In this document: piece by piece, positions 18,090 to 27,000 of the stretch
How positions within the stretch are numbered: position 1 is the stretch's first letter
Layout: each line of letters begins with the position of its first letter
DNA from: Deltaproteobacteria bacterium
Lineage (GTDB): Bacteria > Desulfobacterota > Deferrimicrobia > Deferrimicrobiales > Deferrimicrobiaceae
Reading direction: 5' to 3'
DNA: 35,908 nt
Assembly: GCA_037441465.1 (NCBI GenBank)
Contig: JBBISC010000001.1
Coordinates: 23,394-59,301 of the forward strand
Translations under genes and position numbers: made by a program
Notes under the pieces: generated by a model
Told to the model about the DNA's origin: nothing
The model's database searches: none
Seen by the model: only the letters and a program-made list of their open reading frames with translations

Positions 18090-18314
18090 GTGCGCGAGTC
18101 GCGATACTCGATCTCTCTGGTCGTTTCCGCGGTGGTGGCCGCGGGAGTTCTTTCCGGGCTTCTCCTGTTCGTGTCGTGGACGGGATGGGTCGGGGCGGCC
18201 GGAATCCTGTCGGTCGTCGGGATCTTCCTCGCCTGGTTCTACGGGGGGAGACGTCCCGACCTGGAGACGGGGAAGGCTCCACGCGATGGAGGCGGAGATG
18301 CCGGAATGGGCTGA
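18090..18314 (+). CDS. Small two-helix membrane protein (74 aa)
   Basis: GTG 1 nt after the deacetylase stop; VRESRYSISLVVSAVVAAGVLSGLLLFVSWTGWVGAAGILSVVGIFLAWFYGG...; fills the operon gap. Confidence 0.55.
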   Translation: MRESRYSISLVVSAVVAAGVLSGLLLFVSWTGWVGAAGILSVVGIFLAWFYGGRRPDLETGKAPRDGGGDAGMG

Positions 18315-18356
18315 AGCGGAAAGGCTCCGGGTGAGGGTCATCCCGGTGGGGGAAAA

Positions 18357-19463
18357 TTGATGTCCCCGATGCCCGAACCGCTGCGCGGGATCCGTCCGGG
18401 GATGGCGGGGAGGCGGATGCTGCCGGAACTGCTCTCCTTCGTGGTCCGGGAGGGGGTGCTGGAGAGATTTCGCGCCTTGTCCGTGTTCGGCTTCGATGAA
18501 CTTTGCAGGGCGCTCCACCGGGATCCCGGGTACGATATTTCCCGAGGCAACCGGCGGAGGATGCTCCGCCTCCTGATCGACCTTCTCGTGGAATGCGGTT
18601 GGCTGGAGCCGGCCCGATCCGGCGACCGGTGGTCCTGTCGACGGGACGGGACACCCGGACCGGGGGAGTATCGGGCGGACACCGGGGAGGGCGACGGCCA
18701 GGTCAAATTCTTTCGCCGTTGTCTGCGTTTCGTCCCCGGTTACCTGCGGGGAGAGGAATCGCCGATCGACTTCGATTCCGAGAACGTGCGCGTGTGGGAG
18801 GACTTCCTCGGATGCGACGAATTCCAGGCGTGCCGATCCATCCTGCTCGACCGGATGGCTTCGACCGCCGGCGCTTCCCCTTCCCTTCTGGACCTGTGCC
18901 ACGGCCCCGGATGGGGAATAGAGCGGGCGATGGAGCGCTGGCCGGAGGCCCGGATCACCGCGATCGATTTCACGGGCGCTTTCACGGGGAGTGCGAAGTG
19001 CCGGGCGGAGCAGGCGCGCGTGCGGAACGTCGCCCGTTGCCGGCCGTCCTCTCCCGTCGAATGGTTCGGCCCTTCCGACTGGAAAGGATTCGGCCACCCG
19101 CTGCCGTTTCCCGAGGGCGCCTTCGAATCCGTTCTTTTCGGTTGCGGGGACCCGTACATCCGGCCCGACGCGCGGGACGCGGTCTATGCCGATTTGCGCC
19201 GCGTCCTCGCGCCGGGGGGTACGCTGGGCATCCTGACCCGCGGGTACCCCGATCCGGAACACCGCCACGTCCCCTCGTACTGGCCCCGGATCACCACGCT
19301 CATCCATGATTTCACCGAGAGCGTGTGCGCGGGATGGCAAGGATTCCCGAACGTCGGAGAAAATCAGGACATGTTCCCGCGCCTCGGGTTCCGGGGCGCG
19401 TGGGACCCGGGGGGCGCCATGAGCATCCTGGACTCCGCGCTTTGGATCCTGAAAAAGGGGTGA
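18357..19463 (+). CDS. Class I SAM-dependent methyltransferase-like protein
   Basis: LLDLCHGPG (variant motif I), ITAIDFT, LPFPEGAFESV, LRRVLAPGGTL. The helical N-terminus resembles PKS C-methyltransferase domains. Confidence 0.75.
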   Translation: MMSPMPEPLRGIRPGMAGRRMLPELLSFVVREGVLERFRALSVFGFDELCRALHRDPGYDISRGNRRRMLRLLIDLLVECGWLEPARSGDRWSCRRDGTPGPGEYRADTGEGDGQVKFFRRCLRFVPGYLRGEESPIDFDSENVRVWEDFLGCDEFQACRSILLDRMASTAGASPSLLDLCHGPGWGIERAMERWPEARITAIDFTGAFTGSAKCRAEQARVRNVARCRPSSPVEWFGPSDWKGFGHPLPFPEGAFESVLFGCGDPYIRPDARDAVYADLRRVLAPGGTLGILTRGYPDPEHRHVPSYWPRITTLIHDFTESVCAGWQGFPNVGENQDMFPRLGFRGAWDPGGAMSILDSALWILKKG

Positions 19464-19470
19464 GGCCCCG

Positions 19471-19493
19471 AACCCCGGAAGGGGTTATTTTTT
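19471..19493 (+). terminator. Intrinsic terminator of the + strand operon
   Basis: AACCCC-GGAA-GGGGTT followed by ATTTTTT, 7 nt after the stop at 19463. Overlaps the stop of the convergent lipoprotein gene. Confidence 0.65.
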
Positions 19494-20060
19494 CAGGAAC
19501 GCTTTCCGGAACTCGGGGTCCCCGACCATCGCCATGAAAGCGTCATCCACCAACCGGTAGCTTCGCTTTTCCAGTTCCGCGAGATCCGCCGTCCCGGCCG
19601 GAGGCGCCACCACCGTGTATTCCTTCTGGAACGTCGATTCCCCGGGCTTGATCAGGGTCACGCTGAAGACGAATTTCTGATCGGTGACCGAGTTCAGGAC
19701 GATCTGGAGTTCCGGCGACGTTTCGGTTCCGGCGGTCCACGGCGTAACGAGGGTTCTCACGCCGATCCGGTTGAACGACCTGACGAAGCAGTCCCAGAAA
19801 TACGTCTGGAGGGCCGGGGACGCTTCATAGGCGTACTGGGAGTCTACGCTGTAGTAATCCCAGATGCTCGTGTCGGCGGCGTTGTTCGTCACGGAAGAGA
19901 AGTAGAGGGGTTTCCCCTTGTACGCGGACAAGTTCGCGGTTGCGAACGAGGGATTGTAGCTGGTCTGCTTGATGAAAACTTTCGTCCCCCCCCTGGGGCA
20001 ACCGGTCAATGCCAGGAAACAGGCGAACAGCAGGGCAGCCTTGCAGACGATTCTTCCCAT
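19485..20060 (-). CDS. Lipoprotein of unknown function (191 aa)
   Basis: Strong SD GGAGGAGGAGG; MGRIVCKAALLFACFLALTG-C lipobox; globular-looking mature sequence. Confidence 0.8.
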   Translation of the reverse strand: MGRIVCKAALLFACFLALTGCPRGGTKVFIKQTSYNPSFATANLSAYKGKPLYFSSVTNNAADTSIWDYYSVDSQYAYEASPALQTYFWDCFVRSFNRIGVRTLVTPWTAGTETSPELQIVLNSVTDQKFVFSVTLIKPGESTFQKEYTVVAPPAGTADLAELEKRSYRLVDDAFMAMVGDPEFRKAFLKK

Positions 20061-20130
20061 TCGGGTTTCCTCCTCCTCCGGAACCGCCGGTGGCGCGACC
20101 GGGCGAATCCCGCGGTTGTTGATGGAGAAT

Positions 20131-20139
20131 ACTATACCA
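20131..20139 (-). promoter_or_regulatory. Putative extended -10 promoter for the lipoprotein gene
   Basis: TGG-TATAGT overlaps the darB stop codon, about 70 nt upstream of ATG 20060. Confidence 0.4.
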
Positions 20140-21280
20140 CCGTCAGGAGCATGTAGGCCATGGAGAACCGGCCGCTTTCCGGGATCATGCAGAGGAGCCG
20201 TTCTCCCTTCCGAAGCCGGCCGGAGTGGAACAGCTCCTCGAGGAGGATGAAGATCGAGGCCGAGCCGGTGTTTCCCTTCGTCACCAGGTTGGAGAACCAT
20301 CGTCCCGGCGGGATCGGAAAACCGGTCTCTTCCATCCTTCGACGGAGCGGTTCCCGGAAAAAGTCCGAGGAGTAGTGAGGGAGAAACCAGTCCACGTCGG
20401 TCGGGACGATCCCATGCCGGGCGACCACGCGCGACAGGGCACGGTCGACGGCCGTCTTGATGATCTCCCGGTTCAGCAGGTTCACGTCCTGCTGGGTGAG
20501 AAATGCGTCCGACGAGACGGCATCCGGCAGGGAATCGAAGGAGCGCCACCCGGTCAGGCTCCCGTCCGCGTTTTTCACCGCCCCGGAGTACATGCAGGTT
20601 TCCAGTTCGTTGGCGTAGGAGAGAAGGTCGATCCAGTCGATCCGGAGGGCTTGCTTCTCCGCCGGCGGTGTCCCGGAGAGAAAGGCCGCACCCGCTCCGT
20701 CCGACAGCATCCAGCGGAGGAAATCGGCCTGGAAGGCCAGGATCGGCCGGGCCTCCAGCGCCGTTTCGCTCTCGGTCTGCGCATTCCGGAACATCCCGGC
20801 CCTCATGTACGTGGACGCCAGTTCGGAACCGGTCGCGACGGCGTTCCGGACAAGTCCCAGCGCCACGTTCATGGCGGCGTATTTCACCGCGCCGATTCCC
20901 GAGAGGCAGATTCCGGCCGTGGTGACGACTTCGCAGGGGGCGCTGGACAACTCGCCGTGCACCATCAACCCGTGGCCCGGAAGAAGCTGATCCGGGGAGG
21001 ACGTCCCGCAGGCGAGGCACTCGATATCCGCGGGTGTGAATCCCGCGTACGGTTTCAGGCGGCGTACCGCCTCGGCGGTGAGTTGGGCGTTCGTATGCGT
21101 GACGCGGCCGGTTGCAGGATCGATGGCGTAGTAGCGCTCCCGGATCCGGTTTTTCCGGAGGACGATGCTCCGGGTCCGGGACGGCGCCCCGCCGATCATC
21201 CCGAGAATGTTCTCCATGGACCGGTTGTCGACCGGCGCGTTCGGGAGAAACGCCGCCAGGTCGGTTATGTAAGCGTTCAT
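20132..21280 (-). CDS. darB: StlD/DarB-family beta-ketoacyl-ACP synthase III
   Basis: MNAYITDLAAFLPNAPV.N..ME.ILG.I, RYYAIDP, GICLSG (Cys), FLRWMLSDGAGA, FLPHYSS (His), GNTGSAS (Asn), PESGRFS. Confidence 0.85.
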   Translation of the reverse strand: MNAYITDLAAFLPNAPVDNRSMENILGMIGGAPSRTRSIVLRKNRIRERYYAIDPATGRVTHTNAQLTAEAVRRLKPYAGFTPADIECLACGTSSPDQLLPGHGLMVHGELSSAPCEVVTTAGICLSGIGAVKYAAMNVALGLVRNAVATGSELASTYMRAGMFRNAQTESETALEARPILAFQADFLRWMLSDGAGAAFLSGTPPAEKQALRIDWIDLLSYANELETCMYSGAVKNADGSLTGWRSFDSLPDAVSSDAFLTQQDVNLLNREIIKTAVDRALSRVVARHGIVPTDVDWFLPHYSSDFFREPLRRRMEETGFPIPPGRWFSNLVTKGNTGSASIFILLEELFHSGRLRKGERLLCMIPESGRFSMAYMLLTVV

Positions 21281-21293
21281 CTTCGGTCAGCCC

Positions 21294-22589
21294 TCAGAGT
21301 CTGGCGTTGGCGTGGAATGCCTTCATCAACCCGGCATACCGTTCGTAGAACCGTTTTTCCTCCAGCCGGGTAGGAACGACCGCGTTCGTGAGCGTGTAGT
21401 AGTCGAGGTCATGGAGGACGATCCGGTCCGACCAGGCGGAGTGAAGGGGATGGCCGGGGAGGGGAGTGAGCACCGCGAGCAGGGGAAGGTCGATCTTCCG
21501 CCCGGTCACATACCGCTCGAGGGCGTCGAATCGTTCCTCGTCGTAGTCGGGGGAAACGATGAAGTCGCCCACGATGGAGACCCCCATCTCATGGAGGATC
21601 GCGATGGCTTCGTCGTTCACGGCCACGCTGCCGGATTTGTTCAGGGAGGCGAGGGCGTCGTCCGTGACCTCCTCGAAACCGATGATCACGGAACGGAGCC
21701 CCGCCTCTTTCCAGCGGCGCAGCAGTTCCGGGTGGCGGACCACGGTGTCGGATCGGACGTCGACCACGAAATTTTTCCGGATGCCGGCCGAGAGGATCCC
21801 CTCCGCCAGGCGATCCGCATGGCGCGGGTCGCCGAACGTGTTCGCGTCCACGAGACGGATTACCGGGATGTCGCCCAGCGCCCGGATGTCCGCGATCACC
21901 GTTTCGACGGCGTGGTTCAGGTACCGGCCGCCGGTGAGGGAGGAGATGCAGCAGAACGAGCATCGATACGGGCAACCGAACGCCGACGCAACGAAGCCGA
22001 TCCGGAAGCCGAGAGAGGAGAGGGTGTAGCTGTCCCGATACCGGGCGACGAGGTCGTATCGGGGCGGCCCGGTTTCCGCGAGGTCGACGGGGCCGTATTC
22101 CCTGGGGACGAAGGCGAGTCTGCCGCCGGGGTTCGTCCGGGCGACGCCGGGAAGATCGCCGATATCCCGGTCCGCCTCGATCGCCGCCGCCAGTTCGGCG
22201 AAACTGTCCTTGCCGAGCCCCATGACCACGTAATCGATGCAGGACCGGTTGAAGAAGTCCGGATCGCAACTGGCGTGGATCCCTCCCACGACCACGGTGG
22301 CGCCGCGGCTTTCCTTGACCTCCTCCGCGAGACGCACCACCGTGTTCGCTTCGCACGTGACCGCGGTAAAGCCGACCAGGTCCGGGCCGAAGGCCGACAG
22401 GGCGTCGTGGAACCCCTCTGGCTCCGCCTTCAGGTCGAGGATCAGCAGATCGTGATCCTCCAGGTTGCCCGCCAGCACTTCCAGCGCGAGCGGTTCCCCC
22501 CGGAAGATCTGCCGGATGGAGTCGATCCCGTAGCGCTCTTCGGGAATGCTTCGGCCGCAATTCGGCGGATTGACCAGGAGGATCTTCAT
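21294..22589 (-). CDS. B12-binding domain radical SAM protein
   Basis: MKILLVNP, EPLALEVLAG, DLVGFT, VVGGIHAS, FGCPYRCSFC, VDANTF, IIGFE, LTPLPG. Confidence 0.9.
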   Translation of the reverse strand: MKILLVNPPNCGRSIPEERYGIDSIRQIFRGEPLALEVLAGNLEDHDLLILDLKAEPEGFHDALSAFGPDLVGFTAVTCEANTVVRLAEEVKESRGATVVVGGIHASCDPDFFNRSCIDYVVMGLGKDSFAELAAAIEADRDIGDLPGVARTNPGGRLAFVPREYGPVDLAETGPPRYDLVARYRDSYTLSSLGFRIGFVASAFGCPYRCSFCCISSLTGGRYLNHAVETVIADIRALGDIPVIRLVDANTFGDPRHADRLAEGILSAGIRKNFVVDVRSDTVVRHPELLRRWKEAGLRSVIIGFEEVTDDALASLNKSGSVAVNDEAIAILHEMGVSIVGDFIVSPDYDEERFDALERYVTGRKIDLPLLAVLTPLPGHPLHSAWSDRIVLHDLDYYTLTNAVVPTRLEEKRFYERYAGLMKAFHANARL

Positions 22590-22613
22590 GGGAGCGACGC
22601 CACGCGGTCCGTC

Positions 22614-23801
22614 TCAACTTCCCGCCGGCTGGGTGTCCGGGGATCGGTCCGCCCGCAGGGATCGAACCGAGATATAGGTGAGCAACGCTCCTGCGAAGCC
22701 GAGGATCGGGCCGATGGCGAGGGCTCCCAGCAGCCACTCCCACAGGCGGAGGTGGATCTCGTCGATCAGAACGTGCCGATCGAATGCGAACAGGAAACGG
22801 CCGTACCGGATGAAATGACCGGCTTCGACGCAGGCGAGGGGCACGAAGGGAGCGACGCAGACGTTGCTGGCGGCAACTCCGGCAAGCTTGTTCAGATGAA
22901 GGCGGTGGCTGACGTAGACGATCGCAGCGATCCCGAACGGGATGATCGGGAGCGCCCCGATAAAGATCCCGACCCAGACGGCAGCCGCAAGTTCCCCCGG
23001 TCCGGAGTGCTCTCTGCTCAATCGCCGGAAAAAGCGGATCGGATGAAGAAACTCCGCCGTCTTCGGGCTCGCGTCCTCACTGGACGATTGCCGGAGGTGC
23101 GGCCAGGGCAGGAGGGAACGGATCAGCAGCCATGCGTGGAGGCAGGAGAGCCGCAGGTTGTCGAGGAACGGATGGAAATGCGAAATCCGCTCGGCGGCGG
23201 GCGGGTAATGGACCGGAACCGGAACGAAGAGGAGCGGCAAGCCGGCCCATACCGCCCGAACCAGCACCTCCACTTCGAACGGGAATCCCGTCGAGAGGAA
23301 TCGGCCGGCGAGGAGGAAATCCACCGGATACAGCCGATAGCCGCTCTGGCTGTCGGGAAGCGCGTGGCCGCATTCCAGCCGCACCCAGAAATTCGAAAAA
23401 TCGCGGCCGAACACGCTCGAACGAGGCGCATTCGCGTCTTCCATCCGGCGGGCCCCGACCGCGACGGCCGGCCAGGAAGCGGAGGCGGTCTCCAGGAGGC
23501 GGCGGGCGTCCGCCGGGTCGTGCTGTCCGTCGGCATCGATGGTCACGATCGCATCGTACCCCGACCGTTTCGCCAGCTTCGCCGCGGCGAGAATGGCGGC
23601 CCCTTTCCCCCGGTTCGACCGGAACCGGTGGCGGGAGACCGGAAGGTCGACCACCGTGTCGAGCCCCCCGTCCGTGCTCCCGTCATCTACGACGAGGACG
23701 GGGAACCCTTCGGCCAGGCCGTTAAGCGTGACGGCGCGCAGGGACGCGGCGTGGTTGTAGACCGGGATGACGAGCAAGGTCTTGGGTAACGGCGTTCCCA
23801 T
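22614..23801 (-). CDS. GT2 glycosyltransferase fused to a DUF2062-like membrane domain
   Basis: VIPVYNH, VVDDGSTD, NRGKGAA, TIDADGQH, DSQSGYRLYP, ISHFHPFLDNLRLS, then hydrophobic GIFIGALP...LNKLA...SNV. Alternative start at 23816. Confidence 0.88.
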   Translation of the reverse strand: MGTPLPKTLLVIPVYNHAASLRAVTLNGLAEGFPVLVVDDGSTDGGLDTVVDLPVSRHRFRSNRGKGAAILAAAKLAKRSGYDAIVTIDADGQHDPADARRLLETASASWPAVAVGARRMEDANAPRSSVFGRDFSNFWVRLECGHALPDSQSGYRLYPVDFLLAGRFLSTGFPFEVEVLVRAVWAGLPLLFVPVPVHYPPAAERISHFHPFLDNLRLSCLHAWLLIRSLLPWPHLRQSSSEDASPKTAEFLHPIRFFRRLSREHSGPGELAAAVWVGIFIGALPIIPFGIAAIVYVSHRLHLNKLAGVAASNVCVAPFVPLACVEAGHFIRYGRFLFAFDRHVLIDEIHLRLWEWLLGALAIGPILGFAGALLTYISVRSLRADRSPDTQPAGS

Positions 23802-23815
23802 GGAGCAATTGTACA

Positions 23816-25345
23816 TCAGAGGCCGGCCGGGGTGCCCGGATCGATGCTGCGTCGGGCGGCGACTTCCAGCAGGATGCCTCCGGATATCCAGGATTTCAGG
23901 AGGTGGGAGGTGACCCGGATCTCCCCGAATCCCGAAGCCGACAGCATGGACTCTATCTCCCTCCGGCTGTGGGCTTTCAGCCACAACCCCTGACGCATCG
24001 CGTTGCCGATCTGCGCGAACAGACGGAACAGGGAGCGGCGTGCGGTGATGAAATACAGGGTGCCTCCCGGTTCGATGCGATTCGAGAGACGACGGAAAAA
24101 AATCGGGAGATCCGACAGGTATTCGAGCGAGGAGAAGGCGCACGCGACGGCGTACCCTCCGCCGATGTCCACCGTTTCCACATCTCCGGTGATCGTCCGG
24201 ATATTCGTGAGTCCCTCCCCGATCGCTTTCCCTTCCAGGATCTCCAACATGCTCGCGGAGATGTCGACGGCCGTCACCTCCCGGCAACACCGGGCGATCG
24301 CCAGGGTGAAGATCCCGGTGCCGGCGCCGATCTCGAGCACCCGGTCCGACGGGGAAAAGAGCGACGGGAGTCGCGCTTCGAAGAGCGCGTATTCGGTCTT
24401 GCGGACGATCGAGACGGGGGAACAGAACTGCTCCCGGTCGTAGTCGGGCGCCAACACGTCGTAAAAAAGCGCCGCCGGATGGACCTCGCCGGGGGATCCC
24501 CCCCTCCGCATGACCTCTCTGCCGATCAGGCTGCCGAGGGGAACGACCTCCAGACCCTTCTCCGTCAATCCGCGGAGAAGGGCGTCGAACTCGGCCATGA
24601 GACGCTCCGTCCCGGCATGTCGCGGCGCGACGTCGTGGAGCGCGATGATGTCGCCTTGGGAAACCGCCTTCAGCACCTTTTCGGAGAGGCGCCCGATCCT
24701 CCGGTTGCCGATGTCCACAGCGCGGCAGCTGTAGTTGACGCAAAACATTCCCTGCTCGAGGAGAACCCGCCAGAGGAGGGGATTCGTGATCCCGACGGGG
24801 GGCCGGAACGCCAGGGGGACGATGCCGAACCCGGCGAGCAGGGACTGGGTCGATTCGATCTCCCGCCGGAGTGTCCGGATTCCTTTCAGCGTCAGGAACG
24901 GGAAGTGGTGGTAGGAGTGGTTTCCGATCGTGTGACCGCGCGACAGGATGTCCCGGATGATGGAGGGATGCAGGGCCGCCCGCTCCCCCGTCACGAAGAA
25001 CGTCGCCGAAACCGTGTAACGGGCGAGAAGGTCCAGGAGGAGGGGGGTGACCTCGGGGTCCGGCCCGTCGTCGAACGTGAGGGCCACGCCCTTCTCCCCC
25101 GGTTTCCCCCTGCCGACGATCGGGAGGAAGAAGCCTACGCGGGGAAGGAACGGCGCGATGACGCAGGCGAGGAGAAAGGCGATCAACGGGAGCGGGGCCG
25201 TGCGGATGTCGACGAACAGGAGGATCGCGTACAGGTGGAACGCGGCGAACCCCGCGATGTGGGCCGGCGACAAAGGACAAATGATCCGCCGGTTCCGCGT
25301 GTGGAGCGACGGGATCGGCGGCGGTGCCGGAGGCGGGGGAGTCAC
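23816..25345 (-). CDS. Membrane-anchored polysaccharide deacetylase fused to a class I SAM methyltransferase
   Basis: N-terminal TM segments; VALTFDDGP, GHTIGNHSYHH, FRPPVG, IIALHD; then FYDVLAPDYD, VLEIGAGTG, AVDIS. GTGA overlap with the ACP stop. Confidence 0.87.
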   Translation of the reverse strand: MTPPPPAPPPIPSLHTRNRRIICPLSPAHIAGFAAFHLYAILLFVDIRTAPLPLIAFLLACVIAPFLPRVGFFLPIVGRGKPGEKGVALTFDDGPDPEVTPLLLDLLARYTVSATFFVTGERAALHPSIIRDILSRGHTIGNHSYHHFPFLTLKGIRTLRREIESTQSLLAGFGIVPLAFRPPVGITNPLLWRVLLEQGMFCVNYSCRAVDIGNRRIGRLSEKVLKAVSQGDIIALHDVAPRHAGTERLMAEFDALLRGLTEKGLEVVPLGSLIGREVMRRGGSPGEVHPAALFYDVLAPDYDREQFCSPVSIVRKTEYALFEARLPSLFSPSDRVLEIGAGTGIFTLAIARCCREVTAVDISASMLEILEGKAIGEGLTNIRTITGDVETVDIGGGYAVACAFSSLEYLSDLPIFFRRLSNRIEPGGTLYFITARRSLFRLFAQIGNAMRQGLWLKAHSRREIESMLSASGFGEIRVTSHLLKSWISGGILLEVAARRSIDPGTPAGL

Positions 25346-25605
25346 GTCCGATGGTTCTGGATGAAATCGGCCAGCGTCCGAAGGGATCGGAGCACCTTGC
25401 GGCTGGTCTCCTGGGAGCCGATCCGGACGTGGTATTTCCGCTGGACGGCCACGACGATCTCGACCGCATCGAGGGAGTCGAAGCCGAAGGGAGACTCGGG
25501 CCCGATCAGGGGGGCATCCGGCGGCGGATCGGCGGGCGGCGATTCCGTGCACCGGCAGGTTTCGACGATCATCTCGAACAGCTCGCGTTCAAGTGCGGAT
25601 AGCAA
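25342..25605 (-). CDS. Acyl carrier protein (second copy)
   Basis: TTG start after a GGAGGAG SD; FGFDSLDAVEIVV phosphopantetheine Ser motif. Confidence 0.85.
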   Translation of the reverse strand: MLSALERELFEMIVETCRCTESPPADPPPDAPLIGPESPFGFDSLDAVEIVVAVQRKYHVRIGSQETSRKVLRSLRTLADFIQNHRT

Positions 25606-25646
25606 ACGATTCTCCTCCGGGATTCCGGGGCCTTCGCGCGCAATGT

Positions 25647-26987
25647 TCACTCGCCGGAGCGGCTTCTCCGAAGCGACCACCAGGCAACGGATAGGGTTGC
25701 GAGCGAAAAGAGCATCAATCGCGCCAGGTTCGAACCGACCGTCCGCAGCGAGCCTTCCCGGACGAAGACATCCTGGAAGGCGTCCAACCCCCACGCGAGC
25801 GGGGAGATGACGGAAACGGCCTGCATGGAGCGGGGCATCACGTAGACCGGGATCATGACGCCGCCGAGAGCCGCCGCGATCACGATGGACACCGCGCCGA
25901 ACACCGAAGCCTGCTCGTAGCTCCTTGCCAAAACGCCGACCATTATGCCATAGCCGGTCGCCGCCAGGGCGGCGGAGAGCGCGATTACCCCGACGGCCGG
26001 CCATTCGGGTCCCACGACCAGTCCCGACGCACCAAGCAGCGGCAAGGCGAAAACGCCGATCGCCACCATCAGTACGAACTGTGCCATGCAGACCAGGAGG
26101 TAGGCGATGACTTTGCCCGCCAGCAGTCCCGCGAGGGATACCGGCATCGTCATCAGGCGCCGGAAGGTTCCGGTTTGTCGCTCCCGGATCAACGCGCCGG
26201 AAACGGGAACGACGATGAAGAACATTCCGAAGAGGGCCCAGGCGGGAACGTTCTGCTGCGCCGCCGTCGGCCTCCTCGGCGATCGGCCGCCGGGATCCGT
26301 GGCCTCCCTCAGTTTCAGCACGGGATCGGTATCCAGCTCGAAGCGGATGGGCGGTGTCCGTTTCGCGGCGTCGCCCCCGGGGGGGATCGGGATCCCTCCC
26401 CCGATCCCCTGCCGCATCTTCCGTTCGATCGTTTCGGACAGGGCCGCGCCCTTTTCCTGCAGCTCGATCCCGAGCAGGACGCGCTGGAGTGCGTTGAGCA
26501 CGGCCGTCCGGAAGGCTCCCTGGACCGCGGGATCGAAATGGAGGATCAGCCCCGGAACCGTCGCGGGAGGGGGCGGCTTCGCCGGTTTCGGCGTCGGGAC
26601 GAACGACTCCTCGGCCCTTCGCCGGACCTGCTTCCGTAGGGCGGCGCCGGTGCCCGGCGCGATGAGGATGTAAAACCGGAAATCGCCGTCGACGACGGCT
26701 TTCCGTGCCGCCTCCTCGCTGACCTCGCGGCCACCCTGTCTCCGGATCAGTTCCAGTCCGCCATCGAGGCGAAGGTGTTTTTCGACCGCCCGCCCGAGAA
26801 AACCGTTGTCGAGATCGACCAGGAGGACACGGATCGGCGTCTCGCCGGTCGCCTGCATGACGTTGTCCTGCACCAGCGACACGATGAGCACGAGCGCCAT
26901 CGGCATAACGAGGAGAACCAGGATGCCGGCCCGGTCCCTGCGGAGTTCGAGCAACTCCTTCCAAATGGTGGCGAGCAGGGTCGTCAT
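25647..26987 (-). CDS. ABC-2 type exporter permease
   Basis: IWKELLELRRD, QQNVPAWALFGMFFIV, ERQTGTFRRL, LGGVMIP, SPLAWG. Confidence 0.9.
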   Translation of the reverse strand: MTTLLATIWKELLELRRDRAGILVLLVMPMALVLIVSLVQDNVMQATGETPIRVLLVDLDNGFLGRAVEKHLRLDGGLELIRRQGGREVSEEAARKAVVDGDFRFYILIAPGTGAALRKQVRRRAEESFVPTPKPAKPPPPATVPGLILHFDPAVQGAFRTAVLNALQRVLLGIELQEKGAALSETIERKMRQGIGGGIPIPPGGDAAKRTPPIRFELDTDPVLKLREATDPGGRSPRRPTAAQQNVPAWALFGMFFIVVPVSGALIRERQTGTFRRLMTMPVSLAGLLAGKVIAYLLVCMAQFVLMVAIGVFALPLLGASGLVVGPEWPAVGVIALSAALAATGYGIMVGVLARSYEQASVFGAVSIVIAAALGGVMIPVYVMPRSMQAVSVISPLAWGLDAFQDVFVREGSLRTVGSNLARLMLFSLATLSVAWWSLRRSRSGE

Positions 26988-27000
26988 CTCCGTCCCCGTG

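Noticed and set aside
18286-18360. 24-codon ORF ending at GGGGGAAAATTGA as a programmed -1 frameshift into the methyltransferase
   Set aside because: The G GGA AAA heptamer is not in the required frame, and the ORF overlaps the small membrane protein gene.
22614-25469. 951-aa ORF as one large glycosyltransferase
   Set aside because: The N-terminal ~550 aa overlap the deacetylase-MTase gene in another frame; GT2 motifs start only after 23816.
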